A DNA stretch of 50,201 nt from Octopus sinensis (taxonomy: Eukaryota). A program made the position numbers and the translations under genes. The notes beneath the pieces were generated by a model. That model was not told the DNA's origin. It worked only from the letters and a program-made list of their open reading frames with translations, and made no database searches. Shown here one piece after another: positions 26,691 to 37,410 of this stretch (the first letter of the stretch is position 1; every line of letters begins with the position of its first letter). The stretch lies in assembly GCF_006345805.1 (NCBI RefSeq), contig NW_021834316.1:1-50201 (forward strand), given 5' to 3'.

Positions 26691-28280
26691 AGTAGGGAGG
26701 CAGTTATTGGTCTGTAGTTTTCTGGTTTTTCTGTTTCATTTGATTTGGGAATTAAGATGGTTTTCCCCTTCGTGAGCCATTCAGGCATTGTCTCTGGCTC
26801 TGCTAGTACGTTGTTAAAGTTTTCAGCCAGCTTTTTGTGCATTCCTGTTAGATATTTCAACCAGAAGTTGGGGATCTTGTCATGCCCAGGTGCCTTCCAG
26901 TTGCTTAGTCTTTGCAGTGCCTGGGTGACCTCTTCAGTTGTTATGGGGGTCCAAAGTTGTTCAGATGCCGAGTTTGTTATCTTGATACTCCTTTTTTTGG
27001 TGGTTCGTTCGCCGACCATATCTCTCTCCAGAATTCTTCCAATTCTTCTGCCGTTGGTGCTGCAGTGACTTCTATTTTATTTTTGCCCAGTTCTTGGTAG
27101 AACTTTTTGGGGTTGGAGCTGAACTTTTTGTTTTCTTCAAAGAAGCGTTGGCGTTTCTTGTACCGGCGGATCCTTTGTGCTTTGGCAAGGATATCTTACT
27201 TCAGCTTTTCTTTTATTTCAGGCAAATCTTTCTCTGTGATGTTATATTTGCGGAGTATTTTTGTTCTCTTTTTGTTGCTCAGTAGCGTTGATTGTTTGCT
27301 GATTTCATTAAGAATCGACAGGTCTTTTCTAATTTATTTTATTTTGCTTTGGATGTTATTTATCCACAGGGTTTGTTTGGGTGGTGGTACTCCTGTTTGG
27401 GCGGGTTTGGATGAGTATCCAGCTTCTTTTGTGGCTGCAGTGGCTGCTGCGTATATTAGGTTATTTAGCTCAGTGATATCACTTTTTTTTGATTCAGTGG
27501 CTATCAGTTCAGTGACGGCTAGGTTTATGCTGTTTATAATAGGTGTTGTTATTTCGTTTATTTTGATTCTTGGGAGGTATGGTCGGTGGTCCATTTTGAG
27601 CTCTGTGGGTTTCAGTTCTTTGATTATTTTATTTTTTATATTATCATAATCATTAGGCTCCCCTTCGTTGTTTACATCGTGTTTGTTGGGAATGTTGCGT
27701 TTGTCTTCGTGTTTTACAGTTTCAGTGTTTATATTATTGGGCATTGTTGTGTGGCTTCTATCTACATTTTCCTGGTGTATGTTTTCTTTTAGGTGTTCTA
27801 TTTCTATTTCTGATATTTTTTTTTTGTGTTGAGAATGTATCTTCGTACGTTAGCTAATTTATTAGGATTCATTGCTGTATCCAAGTCTATATCTCTATTA
27901 TTTTCCTTCCATATTTTATATGTATGTGTTGTTGTATTTACCTTTTTTGGGTAGAGTACTGCTGTGAAGTATGCGTGTAAGATAGAAATGTATTCCTCAC
28001 GTGTCCATTTACGTCTTTTGGGTTTTATTTGCGGGACATGAGGTACAACGTCCGGCCCATTATTTTGACGGTCGTCATTTTCGTAGGGTACCGGTCCGTT
28101 TATTTCTGTTGTCACATTATTTCGCACGTGTAGTTTTTCGTACATTTTTTGTTGTAAATTTAATGTACGTACCGCTCGATTGTTATTCTTGGGTTGAATA
28201 GTATCGGTGGCATTTAATTTCTTCGTAGTTCCTTTGTACATGGTGTTTGGGGTCAGGGATGATCGTGATGTTTCACGCAT
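26666..28280 (-). pseudogene. Disrupted N-terminal half of the R4/Dong ORF
   Basis: Reads RRKWTREE...ILNTKK. After a frameshift in the T10 run at 27816-27825 it continues ISEIEIEHLKEN...MPNN. In-frame TAA stops at 27334-27336 and 27196-27198, then AQRIRRYKKRQRFF...KKFYQEL...EFWREIW. A frameshift near 26960-27000 precedes WKAPGHDKIPNFWLK...NYRPIT, and a 1-bp deletion near 26704 breaks ITCLPTM. Confidence 0.85.
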
Positions 28281-28484
28281 GTTTACATGTGTTGCGTTAG
28301 AGATGGAGATGATATCGAGTCAAAATGCATCATTTCGTTTCGAAAATAGTAATAAATTTCAATTAGTATTACTTACTCGGGTACAGTCCAATTCTTTGTT
28401 AGTAAAACTTTGGCTCCATAGGATGTCCTTGTTTTCGATGTTTGTGGATAAATTTCGGAGCTCTGAATTTTCCTTCTTACATCT

Positions 28485-28544
28485 TAAAAGTCCCCCGGTG
28501 TTCCTAAAAGTCCCCCGGTGTTCCTAAAAGTCCCCCGGTGTTCC
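28485..28544 (-). repeat. Three perfect tandem copies of a 20-mer at the 5' tip of the R4 element
   Basis: taaaagtcccccggtgttcc at 28485, 28505 and 28525, directly followed by (ATT)n. Confidence 0.97.
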
Positions 28545-28577
<33 letters not shown>

Positions 28578-28588
28578 CATTATTATCA

Positions 28589-30270
28589 TTGAGTGAGAGA
28601 GCAGTTCATGCCATCAAAGTGACACTGGGGTAAAATATACGAAGCCCAATATACCCATCATGACTACCCGTCTGATAAGGGTACACCAGGCACATGCATC
28701 ACAACCATATGTGCGCGACATGGGGATCTCATATCAAGATAAACAGCACATGACCTTGCAGGTGGGGCCCAGTTAGAATTTTCTTCAGGTTGAGTAGCCC
28801 ATCCAGCTCAAAAGGTCCTTGAATAAGGGTTGTTTAAGGATGTTGAAAGAACCACCCATGTTTCCAGAGGTGAACTATTCAAACCCCAAAGAATCCCTCT
28901 CAACACACGGCTATGATGCTCCCCCACTACTTCTGCTCGTGATCAGAGATGCACATATCGTCAGCCACTAAGGGACATAGTTAACTGGTTAAGGTCAAAC
29001 AACTGACAAGCAAATCTGTGGTATTGAGCAGAATATTTGCTGTAGCCATCTTTTATACCAAGACAAAACAATGTACATGATAACACTTCCAATCAGTTAA
29101 GATCAGAAGCCATGAGAGCCACTGCCTGGTACTGCATCATTATTATTATTATTGAGTGAGAGAGCAGTTCATGCCATCAAAGTAACACTGGAGTAAAATA
29201 TACGAAGCCCAGTATACCCATCATGACTACCCGTCTGATAAGGGTACACCAGGCACATGCATCACAACCATATGTGCGCGACATGGTGATCTCATATCAA
29301 GATAAACAGCACATGACCTTGCAGGTGGAACCCAGTTAGAATTTTCTTCAGATCGAGTAACCCATCCCGCTCAAAAGGTCCCTGAATAAGGGTTGTTTAA
29401 GGACGTTGAACGAAACACCCATGTTTCCAGAGGTGAATTATTCAAACCCCAAACAATCCTTCTCAACACACGGCTATGATGCTCCCCCACTACTTCTGCT
29501 CATGATCAGAGATGCACATATCGTCAGCCATTAAGGGACATGCTCAACTGGTTAAGGTCAAACAACTGACAAGCAAATCTGTGGTATTGAGCAGAATATT
29601 TGCTGTAGCCCGTTTTTTATACCAAGACAAAACAATGTACATGATAACACTTCCAATCAGTTAAGATCAGAAGCCATGAGAGCCACTGCCTGGTACTGCA
29701 TCATTATTATTATTATTGAGTGAGAGAGCAGTGCATGCCATCAAAGTGACACTGGAGTAAAATATACGAAGCCCAGTATACCCATCATGACTACCCGTCT
29801 GATAAGGGTACACCAGGCACATGCATCACAACCATATGTGCGCGACATGGTGATCTCATATCAAGATAAACAGCACATGACCTTGCAGGTGGAACCCAGT
29901 TAGAATTTTCTTCAGATCGAGTAACCCATCCCGCTCAAAAGGTCCCTGAATAAGGGTTGTTTAAGGACGTTGAACGAAACACCCATGTTTCCAGAGGTGA
30001 ATTATTCAAACCCCAAAGAATCCTTCTCAACACATGGCTATGATGCTCCCCCACTACTTCTGCTCGTGATCAGAGATGCACATATCGTCAGCCACTAAGG
30101 GACATGCTCAACTGGTTAAGGTCAAACAACTGACAAGCAAATCTGTGGTATTGAGCAGAATATTTGCTGTAGCCCATCTTTTATACCAAGACAGAACAAT
30201 GTACATGATAACACTTCCAATCAGTTAAGATCAGAAGCCATGAGAGCCACTGCCTGGTACTGCATCAGGG

Positions 30271-30271
<1 letters not shown>
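28589..30271. repeat. Head-to-tail array of three ~560-bp units (about 28589-29139, 29152-29703, 29716-30271) with short (ATT)n spacers
   Basis: The marker gagtgagagagcag occurs at 28591, 29154 and 29718 (periods 563 and 564). Bodies are near-identical and contain no long ORF. Confidence 0.96.
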
Positions 30272-30333
<62 letters not shown>

Positions 30334-30334
<1 letters not shown>

Positions 30335-30570
30335 TTCATTTCATTTCTAAGTGATTTTGATTTCGTTTGCTCTGGCTAATTCTAAAGAGCGGGCAGCGAC
30401 CTGTAGTCAAATATCTCAAAGGATCATTTTGCGCGGTACTGAACATGTTCTACCCATATGTCAATCCCAATGTTTCCTACAAATTTCTCAAATCTAGTTG
30501 TGATGCTCACAGCGCCTCAGCAACTATTGGGATGGCAGTTATATTCTTAATCTTCAATGTTTTTCTTGTT
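30334..30570 (-). mobile_element. 5'-truncated 3' end of a second R4/Dong-like LINE family
   Basis: Minus strand reads AIPIVAEAL.ITTRFEKFVGNIGIDIWVEHVQ, resembling the R4 C-terminus (cf. IPIIVGALG in the intact copy). A short 3' UTR ends in (AAT)n at 30272-30333. Confidence 0.65.
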
Positions 30571-30758
30571 GCTTGGCAAGAGTTTGGCAGCACTGATAGA
30601 GCGGCGTAAAAATTGCCTGGTCGAAACATTTTGGGCACTTTTATATTCTAGGTTCAACCACCGCCAAATTCTACTTTGATATTTATTCCTCTGGGACCAG
30701 ATAAACTAAAATACTTGTCATACACTCATATATATACTTGTATATATATATTCACAGT

Positions 30759-31060
30759 GGAGGCACATGTCCTAGTGGTTAGAGCAGCGGACTATCGGTC
30801 GTAGAGATTGCGGGTTCGAATCTCAGACCGGGCGATGTGTGTGTTTATGAGCGAAACACCTAAGCTCCATGCGGCTCTGGCAGAAGGTAATGGCGAACTT
30901 CTGCTGACTCTTTCACCACAACTTTCTCTCACTCTTTCCTCCTGCATCTTGCAGCTCATCTGCGACGGACCGGCGTCCCATCCAGGTGGGGAACCTATAC
31001 GGCAAGGAAACCGGGAAATCGGCCCTTATGAGCCAGGCGTGGCTGGAGAAGGAACAAACA
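30759..31060 (+). mobile_element. SINE family C (tRNA-like head)
   Basis: ggaggcacatgtcctagtggttagagcagcggact...gggttcgaatctcagaccggg, body gagcgaaacacctaagctcc. Confidence 0.85.
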
Positions 31061-31415
31061 TATATACTCACATATACAAGGTCGATTGAATCATTTAAGT
31101 CCTTCCTCCACAAATTCATTGTTTTCTGCCTAAATTATTATTTTACACCTTTAGGACAGTTATTTTTCTCGCTCCATATTTGCTTCATCATTGTATTGAG
31201 GACTTTTCCGACCATTCATGCTGAACATGTTTTCTTCACTACACCTACTTCCAGATTAAGATCTTGTTTTTCAAGGTTTGCTCTCAAAAATATTTACCAT
31301 TGATTCCAAAGCTTCCATAATAATCGGCAATGTCATGAACTTGTTAAATTCTCTGCTGCAGCACTTGAGGTTTCCATAATGAAAGTTCTTAGCACGTACT
31401 ACTTTTCCTTATTCC

Positions 31416-31417
<2 letters not shown>

Positions 31418-31472
<55 letters not shown>

Positions 31473-31473
31473 G

Positions 31474-31512
<39 letters not shown>

Positions 31513-31528
31513 ATTATTAATATTATTA

Positions 31529-31560
<32 letters not shown>
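31418..31560. repeat. (ATT)n microsatellite
   Basis: Direct reading. Confidence 0.97.
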
Positions 31561-31563
<3 letters not shown>

Positions 31564-32019
31564 ACTATTCTAAAGTGTACAAGTCACAGCGATTACGTTA
31601 ACGTTGCATATATTCTTGTTGTTGACGACTGCAATATACAGCCTGCTGTGTTATACTATTCATTATTTTAGTATTAGAAAGCCCGACAACAACGTCACTT
31701 CAACTTTTTCGAGGGATTCCATTTCTCTTCACAGAAAACGGTTATAGCTTCATTTTTATTTTATTCCGTATTTTTTTTCTGTGCATGCAAAACTAAATTT
31801 CCTGCAAAAATTCTAGTGCATTGTTAAATGAATCTTATCATATCTACGTTTTTTTTTTGTATTCATTCTAAGTTAACTGTAAGCATGCAATACAATGTGC
31901 GATGTAGTTTCCTCTGAATTATCGTACATTCTGAATTGCTGTTATTTTATGTAAACACCGACCGAAATTGTACACGGTCCTTGTAATGTTCACTATGCAT
32001 GATACCAATGAAAAAATAA

Positions 32020-32073
32020 AAGAAATTATCATCATCATCATCATTTTCACCATCGTCATTATTATTATTATTA

Positions 32074-32129
<56 letters not shown>

Positions 32130-32136
32130 ATCATCA

Positions 32137-32175
<39 letters not shown>

Positions 32176-32201
32176 CATTATTATTATTATTAACATCATC
32201 A

Positions 32202-32232
<31 letters not shown>

Positions 32233-32267
32233 CATTATTATTATTATTAACATCATCATCATCATCA

Positions 32268-32305
<38 letters not shown>

Positions 32306-32372
32306 ATCATCATCATTATTATTATTATTATTATCATTATTATTATTATTAACATCATCATCATCATCATCA

Positions 32373-32425
<53 letters not shown>

Positions 32426-32540
32426 ATCATCATCATTATTATTTATTATTATCATTATTATTATTATTAACATCATCATCATCATCATCATTATTATTAT
32501 TATTATTATTATTTTGAATATCATCATTATTGTTATTATT
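32020..32540. repeat. (ATT)n/(ATC)n tract with a recurring AAC hinge
   Basis: attattaacatcatcatc recurs about seven times. Confidence 0.95.
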
Positions 32541-32542
32541 AA

Positions 32543-32744
32543 GGCGGCGACCTGGCAGAAAGGTCATTTCGCCAAAAAATATGCTTAGCTGCATTTCTTC
32601 CGACTTCCCGTTCTGAGTTCAAATGCTGTCAAGGTTGACGTTGCGTTTCATATTTTCGTGGTCAACATCAAGAATACCAGTCACGTACTGAGACCGATGT
32701 TATCGACATGCCCCATCCCCTAACATTTAAGCGATTATTATTAC

Positions 32745-32798
<54 letters not shown>

Positions 32799-33012
32799 GG
32801 TAGCGAGTTGGTAGATTTCTTAGCACCGAGAGAAATGCAGAGCGATATTTCGTCCGTCTTTACGTTTTGGGTTCGAATTCTACCGCGGTCGACTTTGCTT
32901 TTATTCTTTTCGGGGTAGATGAAATAAATACCAGTGAAACACTGGGGTAGGTGTAGTCGACTAGTCTCTTCCAACCAAAAATTTAAGGTCGTGTGCCTTT
33001 AGTAGAAAGGAT
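32543..33012 (+). mobile_element. Two old SINE family B copies (about 32543-32730 and 32799-33012) separated by (ATT)n
   Basis: Heads ggcggcgacctggcagaa and ggtagcgagttggtag, followed by the family B core. Confidence 0.8.
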
Positions 33013-33017
33013 TATTT

Positions 33018-33125
33018 TTGTTGTTGTTGCTGTTTTCTTCTTCTTCTTCTTCTTCTTCTTCTTCTTCTTCTTCTTCTTCTTCTTCTTCTTCTTTTTCTTC
33101 TTCTTCTTCTACTACTACTACTACA

Positions 33126-33173
<48 letters not shown>

Positions 33174-33203
33174 CCTTCTTCTTCTTCTTCTTCTTCTTCT
33201 TTC
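33018..33203. repeat. (TTC)n(TAC)n(TTC)n microsatellite
   Basis: Direct reading. Confidence 0.97.
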
Positions 33204-33329
33204 CAACAGGACTGACGCCATTCGTCACAAACAATAATCTCTAATTCGAGCCTACTCTAAGCTACTAAGAATGCGTGTGGCAACATGAAGATCCACCCAC
33301 CACGCGCGATAGACTGGCGGTTGCACGGG

Positions 33330-33667
33330 AACGAAAGCCACGTTGTTATACTCATTCTGTAAAAGGTGGATTTTAACGGGTGGAGAAGTGAACCATCCTG
33401 GGGTACAGAGGATTCGCAATCTAGACTAGGGTCTGAAAGTTTATCACACTATAGTGGGTTACACCATGGTTCCTCTGCTTTGTGACAGAAGTAGAAAGAA
33501 AGAGTGAGAGAAAGTTGTGCTGAAAGAGTACAGCGGGGATCACCACCCGCCCCCGCCGGAGCTTAGGTGTTTTTGCTCAATAAACACTCAGAATGCCCGG
33601 TCTGGGAACCGCAACCGCGTTCTTACGACCGCGAGTCCGCTACCCTAACCACTGGGCCACTGCGCCT
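33330..33667 (-). mobile_element. SINE family C
   Basis: Reverse-complement head ...ccctaaccactgggccactgcgcct. Confidence 0.8.
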
Positions 33668-33956
33668 ACACACCTGTTGTTCTTCTTCTTCTTGGTGTTT
33701 TCTGTTGCTGCAGGAAGATGGCAAAATTCTTAAAGCGCTCATAAAATATTTAACTCAGCTCTTTATTTTCGGAGTTCAAATACTGCGAGATAAATTCTTC
33801 CTTTTATATCAGTCGATAAAATACTGTAGTAGTAAAGCCTTGTGCTCGGTGAAGTTATCTGATCTCTTCCATTCAAAACTGCTTGCACTGTACCTAAATA
33901 GGAAATACTTCTGTTAACGTTAATATTATTGTTGTTGTAGTTCTTGCTGCTACTAA

Positions 33957-34568
33957 GGCAGCGAGGTAGCAGAATGGTAAGCACACCGGGAAAATTGCTC
34001 ATCGGCATTCCGTCCCACATTACGCTGTGGGCTCAAATTCCGCCAAGATCAACTTTACCTTTTATAATTTTGGGGTTCGATAAAATAGGAAATAAGAAAA
34101 TGGGGAACACTGTGGTCGATGTAATCGACTTACCTCCTAGACCGAAATTGCTGGCCTTGTGCTAACATTTGAAACCATTATTGTTGTTATTGTTGCTGCT
34201 GCTAAGGCGGCGAGCGGGCACAATAGTAAGCATGCCGGGAAAATTTGCTATCGGTCATCCGTCCCTCTGTACGTTGTGAGTTCAAATACCTCCGTGATCG
34301 AGGTTGCTTTTCCTTTTTGGTGGGTAATGACATATCTATTTCTTTACTACCCACAAGGGCCTAAACTCAGAGAGGACAAACAAGGACAGACAAATGGTTC
34401 AAGTTGATTACATCGACCCTAGTTCGTAACTGGTACTTAATTTATCGATCCCGAAAGGATGAAAGGCAAAGTCGACCTCGGCGGAATTTGAACTCAGAAC
34501 GTGACGGCAGACGAAATACCGCTAAGCATTTCGCCCGGCGTGCTAACGATTCTGCCAGCTCACCGCCT
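33957..34568. mobile_element. SINE family B cluster (33957-34177 +, 34206-34322 + head, 34336-34568 - young full copy)
   Basis: Family B heads, cores and tails. Confidence 0.85.
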
Positions 34569-35084
34569 TTGTAATGAAATATGCACCATCCAAGCACTGG
34601 GGGTCGATGTAATCACCTGGCTCCCTCCTCCCAAATCTCAGACCTTATGCCCATAGAACAATCAATTATTATTCTTGTTATTGTTATTAAATCGGCAAGC
34701 CGGCAAACGTTCCTTATATTATCTTAAAGTAAGATCTGTAAAGAGATATGTTTAGTATTTCTAACAGGTCAAACTAATATAAAGAAGCTTCTTCTACCGC
34801 TCAAAGCCATGGTATTCGCTTACGATGGTGCTTCTTATACCATTAATAGTGACATAATGATAACTTAAACAATGCAAAAGAAATATATACAAAATCAATT
34901 AAAACTGAGCATTTAATTGCAAAATTATATTCCACGCTGACAATTGTTAATTAGCAATTATGACTGGAGAGAAATTTGAAGAAATTAATTTATATGTATT
35001 TTACGTAACAATATTAACAAGAAAAATTGTATATTAATTTCTCATCTCTATCCACCAGGGCAAATAATATAAAGGAAAAAATAT

Positions 35085-35240
35085 ATACATACATGTTTTT
35101 CTCTCCTCATTCCTTTCTTTTGAGGAGCATAAGCTCGAAACGTCAAAGACTTGTTCCATTCTTCTCGAGCGTCAAACTAATACACCTTGATTGTGGTTCC
35201 TGCGCCTGTCTCTATCTTCTGTTTTTTCTTTTCGTGTGTG
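35085..35240 (+). mobile_element. Diverged family F element (fold at 35113-35148)
   Basis: CTTT-CTTTTGA-G-GAGC-ATAA-GCTC-GAAAC-GTC-AAAG. Confidence 0.65.
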
Positions 35241-35651
35241 AGTGCGCGTACGTGTGCGGTATATGGGTGTATGTGTGTGTGTGTGTGCCTGTATGTATTT
35301 AAACGAAGTGAATGGACACTAATGTATCATTGCCATCGGGGTATATTTCAGTACCTTCGATAATCATATATATGACGGCAATAAACATTACCGAAATACA
35401 CATGTTCAAGCACGCTTAAACTCCAGAACCAACCACTGTGAGATGGCTGTGGGAATGAAATGTAACGAAGATCAATGACGGTTCCCCAGGAAGTCCATAC
35501 ACAGCAGAGTTTTGTTAAGATATTAAGACATTTCAAGCCAGTCGCTGAAAAAGCGAGAAGACTTTGACTTCCCGATGTTTGACTGGCTTGGTGTGTTAGC
35601 TCAGCTGTCGATCTACACATCCAGTTATAAGCACGTATTCATATAAGCGTC

Positions 35652-35951
35652 GCCCTTTTCTAGCCTAGCCAGGCTCATGGGCCCGGTTTCCCGGTTTCTG
35701 TGGCGCATGTGTTCCCCCCAGCTGGACGGGCCGCCAGTCCATCGCATCGTTACTCAAGAAACAGGAAGAGAGAGTGAGAGAAAGTTGTGGCGAAAGAGTA
35801 CAACAGTGGTCGCCACCCACCCCCTGCCGGAGCCTCGTGGATCTTTTAGGTGTTTCGCTCAATAAACACACACAATGCCCGGTCTGGGAATAGAAACCGC
35901 GATCCTCCGACCGCGAGTCCGCTGCCCTAACCACTGGGCCATTGCGCCTCC
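35652..35951 (-). mobile_element. SINE family C
   Basis: Reverse-complement head ...ccctaaccactgggccattgcgcctcc. Confidence 0.88.
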
Positions 35952-35974
35952 ATATGTATCCATGTAAGGAATCT

Positions 35975-36600
35975 CAAATAGAGAATCATTTGCATATCTT
36001 ACAAAACTTCACTGTGCCGGTAAAAGATCAGATCTGGAGAATGGGCGTTAGATTCTTTTGCTCTTTCTTCCAGAAGCCTAATACTTTTAGATATTTGTGT
36101 AAATTGGTCTGTGCATAGACAAATGCATTTACATAGGATAGGAACAAATGAAAATTTATTGTCAGGACACAAGAGTTGTAAGTTTCGCGTTAATTCACCA
36201 CAAAGTTTTACATTTTTCCTTGTGATGACACATTTACATCCGCTGGACAGGTGATCACTACAATACTGCATGAATTCCTATTATGTGTTCACCAAATTCC
36301 TGTTTTTATCTGAGTGTTCCGCTAGTATTCCTTCTTTTAAAAGGTGAGAATACATGGTGGTTCTGATAAGTAAGGACAATGATTCCATAGGATAGCATTG
36401 TAAATCGTCTTTGCAATTATGTCATGCTTCAGAGGCAGGTAGTATCTCATACACTTTTTGGAGCAGCTGCCGATGATGTGGATATCTTCCACGAGAATTT
36501 GGCATAACCGGTATTTCTGTCATCTCCAATCAAGTTTCTCCTTCATATAAACCATCTCTACGTATTAAGTTCAGGTTTTCTCGTGTTACTCATCATATAT
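35975..36600 (-). mobile_element. Decayed 3' fragment of a third RLE-type (R4/Dong- or NeSL-like) LINE
   Basis: Frameshifted translation gives EDIHIIGSCSKKCMRYYLPLKHDIIAKTIYNAI (CCHC/RHD region), ELTRNLQLLCPDNKFSFVPI and GTVKFCK. Confidence 0.7.
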
Positions 36601-36636
36601 TATATATATATATATTATATATATATAGTATATATA

Positions 36637-36980
36637 TAGGGAGAGTTCACGAGAAAAATATAAGACGAAACAGGTGGTGTAGAAAACAAACAGATATATA
36701 TATATATTATATATATATAGATAATATATATATATAGTTATATATATATATAGTTATATATAAGATATATATATATATTATATACTAGTTGAAATTTACA
36801 GAAAACACAAAAGACGAAGACAGGTATATAAACAACAAACAGGTGTATTACTTTAACGCTCGAGAAAGTGAGAAGGTCTTAAACTTTTCGAGCCTACGCT
36901 CTTCAACAGAAAGGAACGTGAGGAAATAAACAGATCGAAAGTAAAATATAATGTCAGTACAGGAAAAAAGAAGGAAATAT

Positions 36981-37018
<38 letters not shown>

Positions 37019-37144
37019 TATATATAATCAAAATATGCTTATTTTGATTATAATCACCCCATGGATTAATATGGATAACACCATACAAAATTCTGGTGCA
37101 TCTAGCTTAAGTACCATATTCATTTGAATCTGAATTTTGCTGAT

Positions 37145-37216
<72 letters not shown>

Positions 37217-37410
37217 TATATAACGCCATGATAGATCGTTTGCCACTACACACATTTTCTTCTCTCCTTGTCTTTTCTGTGTCCCTTTCTGTAGAAGAGC
37301 GTAGGCTCGAAACGTAAAATACTTTTTCTGTTCCTGAGCGTTATACTAATACATGTTTGTTTTGTACAACACCTGTCTTCGTCTTTTGTTTTTTTCGTAA
37401 ACTCTCCCTA
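36637..37410. mobile_element. Family F cluster: minus partial 36637-36695, minus copy 36786-36935, plus copy 37223-37410
   Basis: Shared terminus ...cgtcttttgtttttttcgtaaactctccctata; folds at 36877-36914 (-) and 37285-37320 (+). Confidence 0.75.

Larger units (their letters stand above)
24528..28544 (-). mobile_element. Full-length R4/Dong-clade non-LTR retrotransposon (single ORF, RLE type) inserted in a (TAA)n microsatellite
   Basis: ORF pieces 28280-27804, 27744-27334, 27019-26666 and 26690-24633 join into one R4-type polyprotein. About 265 bp of 5' UTR and 105 bp of 3' UTR. (ATT)n on both sides (24508-24529 and 28545-28588). Confidence 0.93.

Noticed and set aside
27107-28527. Plus-strand ORFs of 180, 68, 66 and 106 aa
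   Set aside because: Antisense shadows of the R4 ORF.
28280-28545. HDV-like ribozyme in the R4 5' UTR or at the end of the 560-bp unit
   Set aside because: I could not build the nested P1/P2/P3 pseudoknot or find an L3 motif by eye; a descriptor search could still find one.
30045-30075. U1 snRNA-like words (TGATCACGA and GTAGTGGGGGA on the minus strand) in the 560-bp unit
   Set aside because: Only 9- and 11-nt matches to U1 as recalled, far apart in U1, with no 5' ACUUACCUG or Sm site. Chance is plausible; an Rfam scan would settle it.
28485-30271. CRISPR-like array (20-mer x3; 563-bp periodicity)
   Set aside because: No unique spacers, no cas genes, eukaryotic context.
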